Assembly: GCA_027623675.1 (NCBI GenBank)
Contig: JAQBVF010000010.1
Location: 1 to 64,000 of the forward strand
Length of the DNA stretch: 64,000 nt
From: Chloroflexota bacterium
GTDB lineage: Bacteria; Chloroflexota; Dehalococcoidia; Lucifugimonadales; UBA3495
Direction of reading: 5' to 3'
In this document: in pieces, positions 1 through 9,518 of the stretch
Layout of the letters: every line of letters starts with the position of its first letter
Numbering within the stretch: the stretch's first letter is position 1
Program-made: the position numbers and the translations under genes
Notes under the pieces: model-generated
The model's input: only the letters and a program-made list of their open reading frames with translations
Database searches by the model: none
Told to the model about the DNA's origin: nothing

Positions 1-197
1 TAAATACAGTTAGTGGCTTTGCCGCCATTCTAACAGACCTGCGCAACCGCCCGGGCCCGCCGCCTAAAGAAACGAGGACGGCGGGCCCATTGGCGCAGTC
101 AGGCACCTAAGTCCAATCAGCCATCGCCGAAATCTCGAAACTCCAGGAGCGACCCAAAAGTCAGGCCGGGAACCGAGCAGAACGGCCAACCAAGGAA

Positions 198-1682
198 ATG
201 CAAGACACAATACCGGTTCCCTGCCCTACCACCCCTGAAAGCGATCTGGAATCAAACTTCTCGCCCGTCCAGGAGCAAACCCAACCCTGGCAAAAACACC
301 GCCGATTCGGCGGAATCCGCCGGCACATTCTGCATGTGCCGCATCTGCCGCACCCTCATGTGCCGGCCGGATGGCACCCTCATTTTCATCCAGTGCACTT
401 TCGGATGCACACGTTCGACTCCTTTCGGTCGCGGAACTTCCGGTTGCTCTGGGGTACCTCCATCGCCGCGGCCGCTGCATTCTGGTCCCAACAATTGATC
501 GTCGGCTGGCTGGTTTACTCCATGACCAAGTCGCCGTTGATCACGGGCCTGGTAGCTGGGTTAGACGGCCTGCCGGTATTGCTGGCCGGACCGGTGGGCG
601 GGATGCTGGTGGACAACTGGGACCGGCGCCGTGTGTTGGCCACCATCTTGACCTGCCAGGCAGTGGTCGTGCTTACCTTTGCCCTGTTCGTTGCCCTGGG
701 CCTATTCACGACTTGGTCGGTGTTCCTCTTTGCCGGAGTCATGGGGATCGGATGGGTCTTCGCCGACCCGGTAAGAATGTCGCTGATCCCTACTCTGGTG
801 CCCAGAGAAAACATTCTGAACGCATTTGCCCTCAACTCCCTGGCGTTCAGCGTCACCCGGTTGGCTGCCCCGGCAGCGATCGGGCTCGTGTTGGCGTTCC
901 TCGGCAAGGGCTTCGGTTTAGCCTTTGAGGGTGGGCTTCTGGTGATAGCGGTGAGCCTGGCTTTGGCGCTCCGCCTTGAAGAAGTCCATCTGCCTCCTCT
1001 AAATGTCAGGTCCGCCATATCGGGGATCAAGGAGGGTGTGGCATACGTTCGGACCCAACCTCCGGTATTGGCCCTGATCTTCGCGGCAGCCGTGCCCTCG
1101 ATGTTTGGCTTGCCCTTCGTTCACGGTCTGATGCCGGTTGTCGCCGCCGAGAGATTCCAGCTCGGGGCGATCGGTCTGGGCGTGCTATTTGCCGCCGTGG
1201 GAGCCGGCGCGACCCTGGGGACGGCAGTGCTTGCTTCCTGGGCCCACAACCGAAGTGGAAAGTCACTGCTCCCGGTATGCGCCGTCATGATGGTCACCGG
1301 CATGGTCTGGTTCTCGCTGAACCCATGGTTCTATCTGGCGCTGCCGGCGTTGATGCTGATGAGCGCGGGACTCATGGCCTTCTACGCCCTGTGCCATGCT
1401 GCGATCATGTCTCAGATCCCCGACCATCTCAGAGGGCGGGTGGGTGGCCTCTACGCGCTCAACTGGGGGGTTTCGCCTTTGGGCGGGATCGCCGCCGGCA
1501 TGATTGCCCAATTCCTGGGCGCCCCGATCGCCATCGGCATCGGCGCCGGTTGCATGATCTTGGGGTTCACCGCGATCGCGCATCTCTTCAGGGCGGCCTG
1601 GCTCCCGGCCAAGCAGGAAACGGAGCCTGCCCAGTCTGACGAAGTCATAGTCATAGAGCCGGTTCCCGCGCTCGCCGACTGA
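198..1682 (+). CDS. MFS transporter (DHA3/MFS_3-like) with His/Pro-rich N-terminal extension
   Basis: ~12 hydrophobic segments; RNFRLLW start, GGMLVDNWDRRRVL motif-A-like loop, PDHLRGRV loop; AAGGA RBS. Confidence 0.88.
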   Translation: MQDTIPVPCPTTPESDLESNFSPVQEQTQPWQKHRRFGGIRRHILHVPHLPHPHVPAGWHPHFHPVHFRMHTFDSFRSRNFRLLWGTSIAAAAAFWSQQLIVGWLVYSMTKSPLITGLVAGLDGLPVLLAGPVGGMLVDNWDRRRVLATILTCQAVVVLTFALFVALGLFTTWSVFLFAGVMGIGWVFADPVRMSLIPTLVPRENILNAFALNSLAFSVTRLAAPAAIGLVLAFLGKGFGLAFEGGLLVIAVSLALALRLEEVHLPPLNVRSAISGIKEGVAYVRTQPPVLALIFAAAVPSMFGLPFVHGLMPVVAAERFQLGAIGLGVLFAAVGAGATLGTAVLASWAHNRSGKSLLPVCAVMMVTGMVWFSLNPWFYLALPALMLMSAGLMAFYALCHAAIMSQIPDHLRGRVGGLYALNWGVSPLGGIAAGMIAQFLGAPIAIGIGAGCMILGFTAIAHLFRAAWLPAKQETEPAQSDEVIVIEPVPALAD

Positions 1683-1758
1683 GAAACCAGCCGCGGATAT
1701 CCGGTTGGCGTCTGATCGGCCCCTGGTCGGTATCCAAAAAGAAAGGGCGATAGAAACC

Positions 1759-1796
1759 AAGAGGACCGTCCAGATTGCATCGGGACGGTCCTCTTT
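1759..1796. terminator. Likely bidirectional intrinsic terminator
   Basis: AAGAGGACCGTCC / GGACGGTCCTCTT 13-bp stem between convergent genes. Confidence 0.7.
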
Positions 1797-1822
1797 AGAT
1801 TCAGTGATCGCCGCGCGGCCGC

Positions 1823-2230
1823 TTATGAAGCGGGTTTGAAGAAGGGGACCGATATCTGGTCGGTGGCGCGTTGGAAGGTTACCTCCACCGCCATGCCGAT
1901 ACTCACGTCTTTGGGGTCGCACTCCACGATGTTGGTGAACATGCGGACGCCTTCATCCAACTCAACCAGGGCCAGCACGTAGGGGCCGGTGTCGAAGCCC
2001 GGAGTCCGGTTCTGATTGGTCACGGTGAACGTCCAAACGGCGCCTCGGCCGGATGACGGCACCCACTGGATATCGTTGGACCAGCAGTTGGCGCAGATGC
2101 CGCGGGGATACCACTGGTACTCGTTGCAGCTGTCGCATTTCTGAATCAGGAGGGTGCCCCGGCGGGCCATGTCCCAGAAGGTCTTGGTCTCGCCGGAGAC
2201 CGTGGGCAGGGGTTTATTCCAGGTTGTCAT
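1823..2230 (-). CDS. DUF35 Zn-ribbon/OB-fold protein
   Basis: True start MTTWNKPLP (ATG 2230); CDSC...YPRGICANC Zn ribbon; PYVLALVELDEG; directly downstream of thiolase-like gene. Confidence 0.9.
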   Translation of the reverse strand: MTTWNKPLPTVSGETKTFWDMARRGTLLIQKCDSCNEYQWYPRGICANCWSNDIQWVPSSGRGAVWTFTVTNQNRTPGFDTGPYVLALVELDEGVRMFTNIVECDPKDVSIGMAVEVTFQRATDQISVPFFKPAS

Positions 2231-2234
2231 ATCT

Positions 2235-3416
2235 CTAGTCCCTCGCCAGGATGACTGTGCCGCCGCTGTGGCGCGAGCCCAAGGCCCCGCCAGTGCCGTG
2301 GCACAGGGCAATCTTGCAATCCGGCACCTGCCTTTCGGTGCCGTCGAACTGGTGCCGGAGCTGCCGGGTGGCTTCCAACAGCAGGAATAGGCCCCGCATC
2401 CCGGGGTGGTTGGAAGAAAGACCGCCACCGTCGGTGTTGATGGGCAGTTCGCCGCCCAGGCCGATGCGGCCGTTCAGAACGAACTGTCCACCTTCGCCCT
2501 TCTCGCAGAAGCCCAGGTCTTCCAAAGTCTCCAGCACCGTGATGGTGAAGGAGTCGTAGATCATGGCCATGTCGATGTCTTTCTGGGTGACGCCGGCCAT
2601 CTCGAAGGCCGGCACGTGGCTCTGCTTGGCGGCGATGTACATCAGGTCGCGTTTGCCGGCGCCCTGGTGGGCCACCGCTTCGCCCGCGCCCAGCACCCAA
2701 ACCGGGGCGTGCTTGCAGTTGCGGGCAACCTCGGGTGAGGCCACCACCACCGCGCCGCCGCCGTCGGTGATGACGCAGCAGTCGTTGCGGTGCAGCGGGG
2801 TGGATACCACCGGAGACCGCAGGACATCTGCAACGGTGATGGGGTCCCGGAATAGCGCCTCCGGGTTCAACGAGGCATGCCGGCGCATGGTTACGGCCAC
2901 CTCGGCCAGTTGCTCTGAGGTTGTCCCGTATAGGTGCATGTGCCTCTGGGCGATCATGGCGTACAGGCCAACGGTGGTCAGGCCGTATAGCTCTTCAAAG
3001 CTGTCGGGAGATGGGTCCAGCCGGGGATGACCCTGGCGGCTGATGCCGCCGGTCCCCACCGAAACGCCGCCGGAGCGTGCCTGGGTGGCGTAGGTGATGA
3101 CGGCACAATTGATGCGGCCGGCGTGGATGGCGTTCAGAGCATGGGAGAGGTGGAACTCGAAGGACCCTCCGCCCACGGTGGTGTTGTCCACCATCTTGGG
3201 ATACATGTTCAGATAGTCCGCCAGGTTCAGGCCGCTGCTTCGGACCGACATTGAGGCGCAGAACAGCCCATCAACATCCTTCTTCTCCAGTCCGGCGTCC
3301 TTCAGGGCATTGATGATGCTCTCGCCCTGAATCTGCAATTCGCTCTTATCCGGCGCGTACCGGGTGATGTGCTCGTGCACGCCGACGATCGCGGCGGCAC
3401 GCCTAAGGTCTACCAT
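2235..3416 (-). CDS. Thiolase-superfamily protein (SCP-x/Ltp2-like)
   Basis: AAIVGV, DCCVITDGGGAVVV, IYDSF, INTDGGGLS, HPG motifs; GGAGG RBS; paired with DUF35. Confidence 0.9.
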   Translation of the reverse strand: MVDLRRAAAIVGVHEHITRYAPDKSELQIQGESIINALKDAGLEKKDVDGLFCASMSVRSSGLNLADYLNMYPKMVDNTTVGGGSFEFHLSHALNAIHAGRINCAVITYATQARSGGVSVGTGGISRQGHPRLDPSPDSFEELYGLTTVGLYAMIAQRHMHLYGTTSEQLAEVAVTMRRHASLNPEALFRDPITVADVLRSPVVSTPLHRNDCCVITDGGGAVVVASPEVARNCKHAPVWVLGAGEAVAHQGAGKRDLMYIAAKQSHVPAFEMAGVTQKDIDMAMIYDSFTITVLETLEDLGFCEKGEGGQFVLNGRIGLGGELPINTDGGGLSSNHPGMRGLFLLLEATRQLRHQFDGTERQVPDCKIALCHGTGGALGSRHSGGTVILARD

Positions 3417-3526
3417 CTGCTGGAATCCTCCCTTTCGGAGAGTTTATTTTGGATTGGTAACCGTTCTCGTTCAATCTTAGTTTTCTGAGCGAACTCTTGA
3501 AATCTCGATTCCATTCGGCGCAACTA

Positions 3527-4909
3527 TCATCTGCTTGCCGAAACAATATATTCTGTCTCCATAATCCCCTTGAAACCGGAAATTCCGTAGGGGTACCTTC
3601 TCCGATTATGTTTTATTAGCCGTGGTGTTACCCCCACTTCCGAAAGGCCGCAGTTTCTCAGCATTGTGCCTAACATCCTAGATATTGGAATTCGGATACC
3701 TCGGACGACGTTATCACCGACAACCAACGTCACTTTTCCGTGTTTCTTAAGTATTCTTGGGAATTGAACCACGACTTCATTGAGTTCGACGATATACTTG
3801 CAGAGCGATTTGTATGTTGGTGCTGATATTTTTGACAAGGAATCGAGCTCATCCAAGTAGTCTGGTACGAGAAAACGACATTTCTGTACTGCTTCTTCAT
3901 CATTACCACCGGGCATAAGTCCAAGATAACTTGACCGACTTGGCGGTTGACGCTCCGGCCAAATCCACCACTGGCTGAATTTGTGAGCTCTCGGATAGTC
4001 AATCGCATTGAAATACGGTGGGGAAGTCAAAATGTAGTCGATTGATCGTTGATTCAGATTCTCCAATTCTTTTCTCGTATCGCCTTGTTTAATCTCCCAA
4101 GAGGAATGATGCTCGTCTCCCAATTTATTTATCCGTCCGAGCCGAGTTATTATTTCGTGAAATGCCTTCTTAAATACTTTACTCTGCGAAGTGACCGTCA
4201 AATCATCTCGTATTCTCCGATGTGGTCTTGAGTGATCTATGTCCATTGCTTGGCTTATCGTATTCGGCCACTTTCTGATAATCGAAGACGAGATAGCAAG
4301 AAACAATAGCGCCTGATGCCTAGCATCAGCAAATGATTGCGCGAGTCCTACGAGCATACAAAGTATGGCTCGTTGCACGGGAGCGAACCAAAAATCGATG
4401 AAATCGCCGGCAGGCACTTTGCCATCAAACCCCGCCAAAGAAAACCTTGTACCAGAGGCCCATGTACAGTCGGAAAACTCTAATTCGCACAAAGCCGCTT
4501 CGATGAGATTGAGCCGTTCACTCACTTTCGACGAAATTGTTTCTAGCTCATCTACTCCGTACGGGGTCAAAGAAACCCTCGCGATTAGACAGGCGATCGG
4601 ATCGATATCAATTCCAATGCTATTGACGCCTAGAAAACTAGCTTGAATCAATCCGGTTCCTGATCCGGCCCAGGGGTCAAGAAATCGCCCCCCTTTTTTC
4701 GCGTTTTGGCTAATTAATTCGCCCGCGAGGTCACCACCAAAGCTAGCAGCGTAAGCATGAAGTCTTACAGAAGCCTGCCGTTCAGCCACGAGGAGACGAT
4801 TCCCGGAATTTGGTTCTTGTTGCAATATTGAACTTCCCTCGACCTTGGACAATGGATGGCAAATTAAGCGATTGCGTTCCACGCGGCTAGTAGCAGATTC
4901 GATGACCAC
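3527..4909 (-). CDS. DNA amino-methyltransferase, probably N4-cytosine, motif I before motif IV
   Basis: LHAYAASF, FLDPWAGSGT (SAM-binding motif I), GIDIDPIA, ILTSPPY (motif IV), LVVGDN; exact start uncertain. Confidence 0.85.
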   Translation of the reverse strand: MVIESATSRVERNRLICHPLSKVEGSSILQQEPNSGNRLLVAERQASVRLHAYAASFGGDLAGELISQNAKKGGRFLDPWAGSGTGLIQASFLGVNSIGIDIDPIACLIARVSLTPYGVDELETISSKVSERLNLIEAALCELEFSDCTWASGTRFSLAGFDGKVPAGDFIDFWFAPVQRAILCMLVGLAQSFADARHQALLFLAISSSIIRKWPNTISQAMDIDHSRPHRRIRDDLTVTSQSKVFKKAFHEIITRLGRINKLGDEHHSSWEIKQGDTRKELENLNQRSIDYILTSPPYFNAIDYPRAHKFSQWWIWPERQPPSRSSYLGLMPGGNDEEAVQKCRFLVPDYLDELDSLSKISAPTYKSLCKYIVELNEVVVQFPRILKKHGKVTLVVGDNVVRGIRIPISRMLGTMLRNCGLSEVGVTPRLIKHNRRRYPYGISGFKGIMETEYIVSASR

Positions 4910-5475
4910 TCTTCAAATAAGGTCGAACCCCCCAAAGTACGCTGTTTCACGAATATGTCCGGATTAGCTCCCGAGGCTCCCCGGTTTCTGGCCGCTCTCT
5001 CAAACTTTTCGCGGGAATTACGCGTTGGATGAACGATGTAATTCCGCACTGCCTTGATTTCGTGAAGACCTGCCGAGCCCAATCCAAGACTAATCTCGTG
5101 ATAGTTGACAACTGAGAATTTTTGGGCCTGAGTTATCGCATAATCAGGGTCTTCCCAATGAGTTGATGGACCCGATTTGAGCGTGTCGACTAGTTTTTGA
5201 TTCGAAGGGGGTGACTTCATCGTTCCAACTCGAACCAGCATTTTGCCGAATCTTGTGAATCCATCTCCAATCGCAGACTTAAGAACGAGTTCTTTGCTGA
5301 ATTCACCCCAAAGATGTTGTAACCGGACCACAAGATGTGCCCGGCCATCCTTATGAGTCTGACTACAAAATCGAGCGGCATAAGTGTCAAATGGCGCAGG
5401 AGACAAGAACCTCTCCAGCATCAATGCGTTGCGTGCCGCGTAACGCTTGTACAGTCTCGATAGCGTGTCGGACAT
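4864..5475 (-). CDS. Hypothetical protein, HEPN-like (putative RNase)
   Basis: C-terminal RNYIVH = R-x4-H motif; N-terminal LQHLWGEF helix; ~200 aa; starts 2 nt after DUF262 stop. Confidence 0.6.
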   Translation of the reverse strand: MSDTLSRLYKRYAARNALMLERFLSPAPFDTYAARFCSQTHKDGRAHLVVRLQHLWGEFSKELVLKSAIGDGFTRFGKMLVRVGTMKSPPSNQKLVDTLKSGPSTHWEDPDYAITQAQKFSVVNYHEISLGLGSAGLHEIKAVRNYIVHPTRNSREKFERAARNRGASGANPDIFVKQRTLGGSTLFEEWSSNLLLAAWNAIA

Positions 5476-5477
5476 TA

Positions 5478-6536
5478 TTAAATTTCGTCAGGCAATAGCG
5501 CTTCGTATAGTTTCGGAAATCGTACCGAGCGGCCTCTAATTCTTTGGGTAGTGCCAGCAGATGCCAATTGGAAGGCGGCAAATCTTTCTGGTACCTCGTC
5601 AGCATCTTTACCGAGTACATCCGCGAGGGTCCCAAGGTTTGTTAGAGCCATAGTCACGTCTCCTAATGCCCGTGGATCCCTCGCCGGCATCTCATCCTTC
5701 ATGTCTCCGTCTGGAATGCCAATCAAAGAATGCGCAACCGCCGCAAATAGCATAAGAAAATGGGGCGAGCCAGCCAGGTTCGTATCGAGGATTGGATACA
5801 AATTCTCTACTATATAGCCAATTACGAGATCAACGTGCGAGGCGGTGTCGGCTGGGAGGCCTCCGTCGAATTCTTTGTATAGCGATTCGGTAAATGGTTG
5901 TCCTCCGTCAGTCACTCCTTTCAACATCACTCCAAACATCTGGGCCATCAGCTCGTCATCCGACATACGAACACGTGCCCGCCTGCTCAAGATTTTGTAT
6001 TCATCCCACAAGCTTTCCCAACGCCTCGACGATTCAACAACTTGATTTCTGAATGCTCCATGATATTTTCCATGCCTTAACTCTTGCGGGGATAAATTGT
6101 AATTATATGTATTGAGACGTTGAAATATATCGAACACAACGGAATCCGGCACATTTAGGAGTTGCTCAACGGGTACCAGATACGAGAGAAAGTTTCGCTG
6201 TGTTTCTTCGTCTAATTCTGAATAGCGTCTCCCTGCAAACTCTCCAAAGATTTCCTTTTTCGTACCCAGAGAAAACTCATCATGGGCAAAAGCTTGAATA
6301 GCTCTTAGACGTTGCTGCCCGTCAACAACCTCGCGATAACTTCGTTGAGTTTTAGGATTGGTAGTCGTTCTTACATAAATCCTGGGCATCGGCCTATCTC
6401 GCAGCACTGTGTCAATCAAATAAGCCTGTGCAGGCGGTGGCCAAACAGCGCTACCCCGCTGAAATTCCCGATTTACCACTAAGGTTTTGTCATCAAGCCA
6501 GGTCAATATGTCAGCAATCGTATATTGTTCTAGCAT
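5478..6536 (-). CDS. DUF262 (ParB/Srx-like, GmrS-type) domain protein
   Basis: EFQR..VW, YLIDTVL, VVDGQQRL, IFQRLN, LSPQELRH hallmark motifs. Confidence 0.9.
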   Translation of the reverse strand: MLEQYTIADILTWLDDKTLVVNREFQRGSAVWPPPAQAYLIDTVLRDRPMPRIYVRTTTNPKTQRSYREVVDGQQRLRAIQAFAHDEFSLGTKKEIFGEFAGRRYSELDEETQRNFLSYLVPVEQLLNVPDSVVFDIFQRLNTYNYNLSPQELRHGKYHGAFRNQVVESSRRWESLWDEYKILSRRARVRMSDDELMAQMFGVMLKGVTDGGQPFTESLYKEFDGGLPADTASHVDLVIGYIVENLYPILDTNLAGSPHFLMLFAAVAHSLIGIPDGDMKDEMPARDPRALGDVTMALTNLGTLADVLGKDADEVPERFAAFQLASAGTTQRIRGRSVRFPKLYEALLPDEI

Positions 6537-6609
6537 TGTTCAACCACCAAAAGATTTGACGAAGACGCCTACTAAAAGGAACTGAACGATTCGCACAATT
6601 TCCTAGACT

Positions 6610-6615
6610 ATTATA
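6610..6615 (-). promoter_or_regulatory. Candidate -10 box for the DUF262 cassette
   Basis: Perfect TATAAT on minus strand ~75 nt upstream of DUF262 ATG; no convincing -35. Confidence 0.4.
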
Positions 6616-6751
6616 CCGCCGACTGAAATTAGGATTACCGTACTACTATTGCGGCTATCGCTAAATTGGCAACGTGACCTTCCTATGGCAAATCAATGAA
6701 GTACCCGAAAAGAGATATCTGAAAATTGACCAGAAACTGATTAAGCGCGGG

Positions 6752-7236
6752 TTAGCCGCCGTAGTTTAGGTTGTGGTCGCGCATCAGGATTGTCTGGTCC
6801 TCGGTGCGCGTCCCGGCTTCCACGACCTCGCCCAGGAAAGGGTGTGGTTGCCCTGGTCAACCTGCCCCACGACCTTGCACTCCCACCAGGCCGGTGAGCC
6901 GGTCAGCAGGGCGCATCCAGTCTCGGGACCGGCCACGAAAGTCTGTCCGCCGAAGGAGTCGCCTTCGCGCTCCAGGGTCTTGAAGGACGTGAACGCTGTG
7001 TCGAGCTGGTCTTTGCCAATCACGTTAACGGCGAACACGCCGGTGTCGGTGATGTGGGCATGCGCGCCCGAATCGCCCTTCACGCCCACGGCCACCAGAG
7101 GCGGCGCGAACGATGTCCGGGTCAGCCAGTTTACGGTGGCGGCGCTAACCTCGCTGCCGTCCTGGTTCTTGCTGGTCAATAAGTACATCCCCTAGGGAAT
7201 CATGCGCAACGCCGTCTTCTTGGCGTCCTCGTCCAT
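6752..7236 (-). pseudogene. Flavin reductase-like protein, disrupted
   Basis: MDEDAKKTALRMIP*GMYLLT: TAG at 7192-7194 where Tyr is expected; 1-nt frameshift near 6838, after which another frame gives LGEVVEAG...LNYGG*. Confidence 0.85.
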
Positions 7237-7439
7237 GGCGGGCCGCCATGACCTATGAGACACGCCCAACGGGCCTGCCAAATATTGGCCCCATTATCGC
7301 CGAGCCTGCAGGGGAAAACAAGGCAGAGTTGAGAGGGTTGTCCGCCTACCCGCCCGAAAGCACGCAAGGGCCGTCTGCGCCAGGCTCTAATCGTCGCCAG
7401 ATCAACGCGGTTCCAGTTGTTCTCCCTGGGTCCGGAAAA

Positions 7440-7474
7440 AACTTAGGGGCACGGCAATGCCGTACCCCTAAGTT
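7440..7474. repeat. REP-like palindrome / terminator hairpin
   Basis: AACTTAGGGGCACGGCA-A-TGCCGTACCCCTAAGTT near-perfect inverted repeat just downstream of the 7504 stop. Confidence 0.6.
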
Positions 7475-7503
7475 ATGAATACTTCCGTGGCGTCGCGGAG
7501 CTT

Positions 7504-9518
7504 CTAGTGCGCTATGGTAAAGATGGCTGGGTTGGGCACCTCGGGTATCAGACCCAGCATCCGGAACAGAGCGAAGTTGGCCGCGTACAGGGTGCCGCTG
7601 TCGTCGCCGATGCCGAACTTGACGTCGGACGGGTTCTGCAGCGGTCCTCCTTGCGCCAGGACCGTGATCTCACCCTCGGGCGAGACCTTGGCCACCGCGT
7701 CGGACCCGACAACGGCCACGTAAATAAAGCCGTCGGCGCCCATGACCATGCCGTCGGGGCCGCCAAGACTGGCCGTGTCTTCCGCGAACGTCTCGGCGGT
7801 TCCGGCGCTGCCGTCGGCGTTCACCGGGATCCTCACGATCCGGGCTTTGTCGGTGTTGGCAACGAAGGCGTTATCGCCGGCGGCGTCAAAGACGATCCCG
7901 TTGGCGCCGATGGGGAAGCCAAGCGGGCCGGGAGGCAGCGTTCCCATCATCAGTTCGTCGCTGGCCCAGTCGGAGACATTCCCATCGGGGTCGATCTTCC
8001 AGACGGCGCCGCCGATGGTGTCGGTAACGAACTGGTCGCCGTTTGAGTCGAAGACGATTCCGTTGGGGAAACCGGTCACGGGCAAAGATGCGAACAGTTC
8101 ACCATCGCCACCGCCGGCCGGGACCTTCCAGATGCCGTGCGTGGCCTCGTCGAAGGTGGACATGGCGGCGAAAAGATTACCATTGGCGTCAAATTGCAAG
8201 CTGAGCAGGAACCCTCCGCTGGGCAGCGGCAGCTGGGCGTAGGCCGTCGACGAACCGTCGGCGGCGAACTCGCGAATCTCGCCGGTGGGCGCCATTCCGG
8301 CGAAGAGGTTGCCGTTGGGGCCGACGGCCAGGCCCTCCGGGAACTGGGCGGCCAGGCCATTCATCTGAGCGACCACTGAGGTGGTGCGTTCCACGACCGT
8401 GATGGAGGCAGCCATGCCCAGATCCGCATGGAGAACGCACACGTAGCCGTAGATCCCGGCGTTGGAGAAGGTCATGGCGAAGGACGACCCGCCTGGGCCG
8501 CCGTTAACCGACATGATGCCCGAGTTCCAGTAACCGGTGCCGTTGAATTCTCCGGTGGGCTTCACCGGGAACACCACCGTGGGGTTGGCCAGCAGGATGG
8601 GCGGACCGGCTTCCTGGAGTTCGGGAATGACGAACTCCGGGGTCGGTTGCCCGGGGTGGAAGGTGACGGTATGGATGGAGGGAGCAGCGCTGACCCAGAT
8701 CACGGTGTCGCCTTCCTGGATGGTCAGGTTTTCGGCCAAAAACTCATAGAGTTCCAGTTGGCTGTCGAACCCGGCAGGACCGGAGTTCACGTGCCAGATG
8801 GTGGTGCCGTTGGGGCCGGCTTCGGTCTGGACCATGGCGGCGGCGGCGCGCATGCCGTCGATCTGGGAGCGGAGCGCTGCTTCTTCAGCGGCGGCCATGG
8901 CGTCGATGTCAGCCTGGGAATCGGCGGCGGCGGCGTTGTCGGCCACCACCGTAACGGTGCCGGTCATCTGGGGGTGCAAGAGGCAAACGTAGTCGAATAC
9001 GCCTTCCGAAGCCAAGACCACGCTCATCACGTTGTTGGGTGGAACGTCCGGGCCGCTGGGGACGTCTGACATCAATCCCGAGGTGACCATGGCGGTGCCG
9101 TCATAGCTCTCCACCGGGGCGCCCCGGGGGCCCTGGTTGGGAAGGCGACGGCAGGGTTGAGCTGAACGTCGGTGGGGTTTCGGCCCTCGATGGGTACAAC
9201 ATCCGGCGGGCGAGGAGTCCCTGCCAGAAAGGTAACGGTGTGAGGCTCCCCCGGATGGCCCAGACCCCAGGTCACGGTATCACCCACCCGGACGGTGATG
9301 TTCCGGGCTAGAAAGGCGTTGAGCAAAACGGTGCCTTCACCGGCGCCGGCCAGCAGATTCAGTTCACGGGCTCCCGTGGCTGGCGGTGGGGTGGGAGTGA
9401 CTTCCACTATCTCTGTAACGGTTTCGGTCACCGTCGCGGGTGTGGGATCGCTGCCGCAACCGGCGATCAGGAACACCAAAGCTGCCAACGCAGACAACAA
9501 GATCAAAGGCCGTTTCAT
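7504..9518 (-). pseudogene. Lipoprotein with two cupredoxin domains plus SMP-30/gluconolactonase-type beta-propeller, split by a frameshift near 9116-9119
   Basis: ORF 9072..9518 has lipobox LIAGC and EPHTVTF; ORF 7504..9114 continues with YVCLLHPQM, IHTVTF, YVCVLHADLGM, FPEGLA, PNGI, PDGM; removing one C from GCGCCCCGGTG fuses them. Could be a sequencing error. Confidence 0.8.

Noticed and set aside
3527..6536. Classical type II R-M or complete GmrSD
   Set aside because: No recognisable restriction endonuclease and no DUF1524/HNH domain; kept instead as a candidate novel system
7192..7194. In-frame TAG as pyrrolysine or recoding
   Set aside because: Falls at a Tyr position, the gene also has a frameshift, and TAG is used as a normal stop throughout the window
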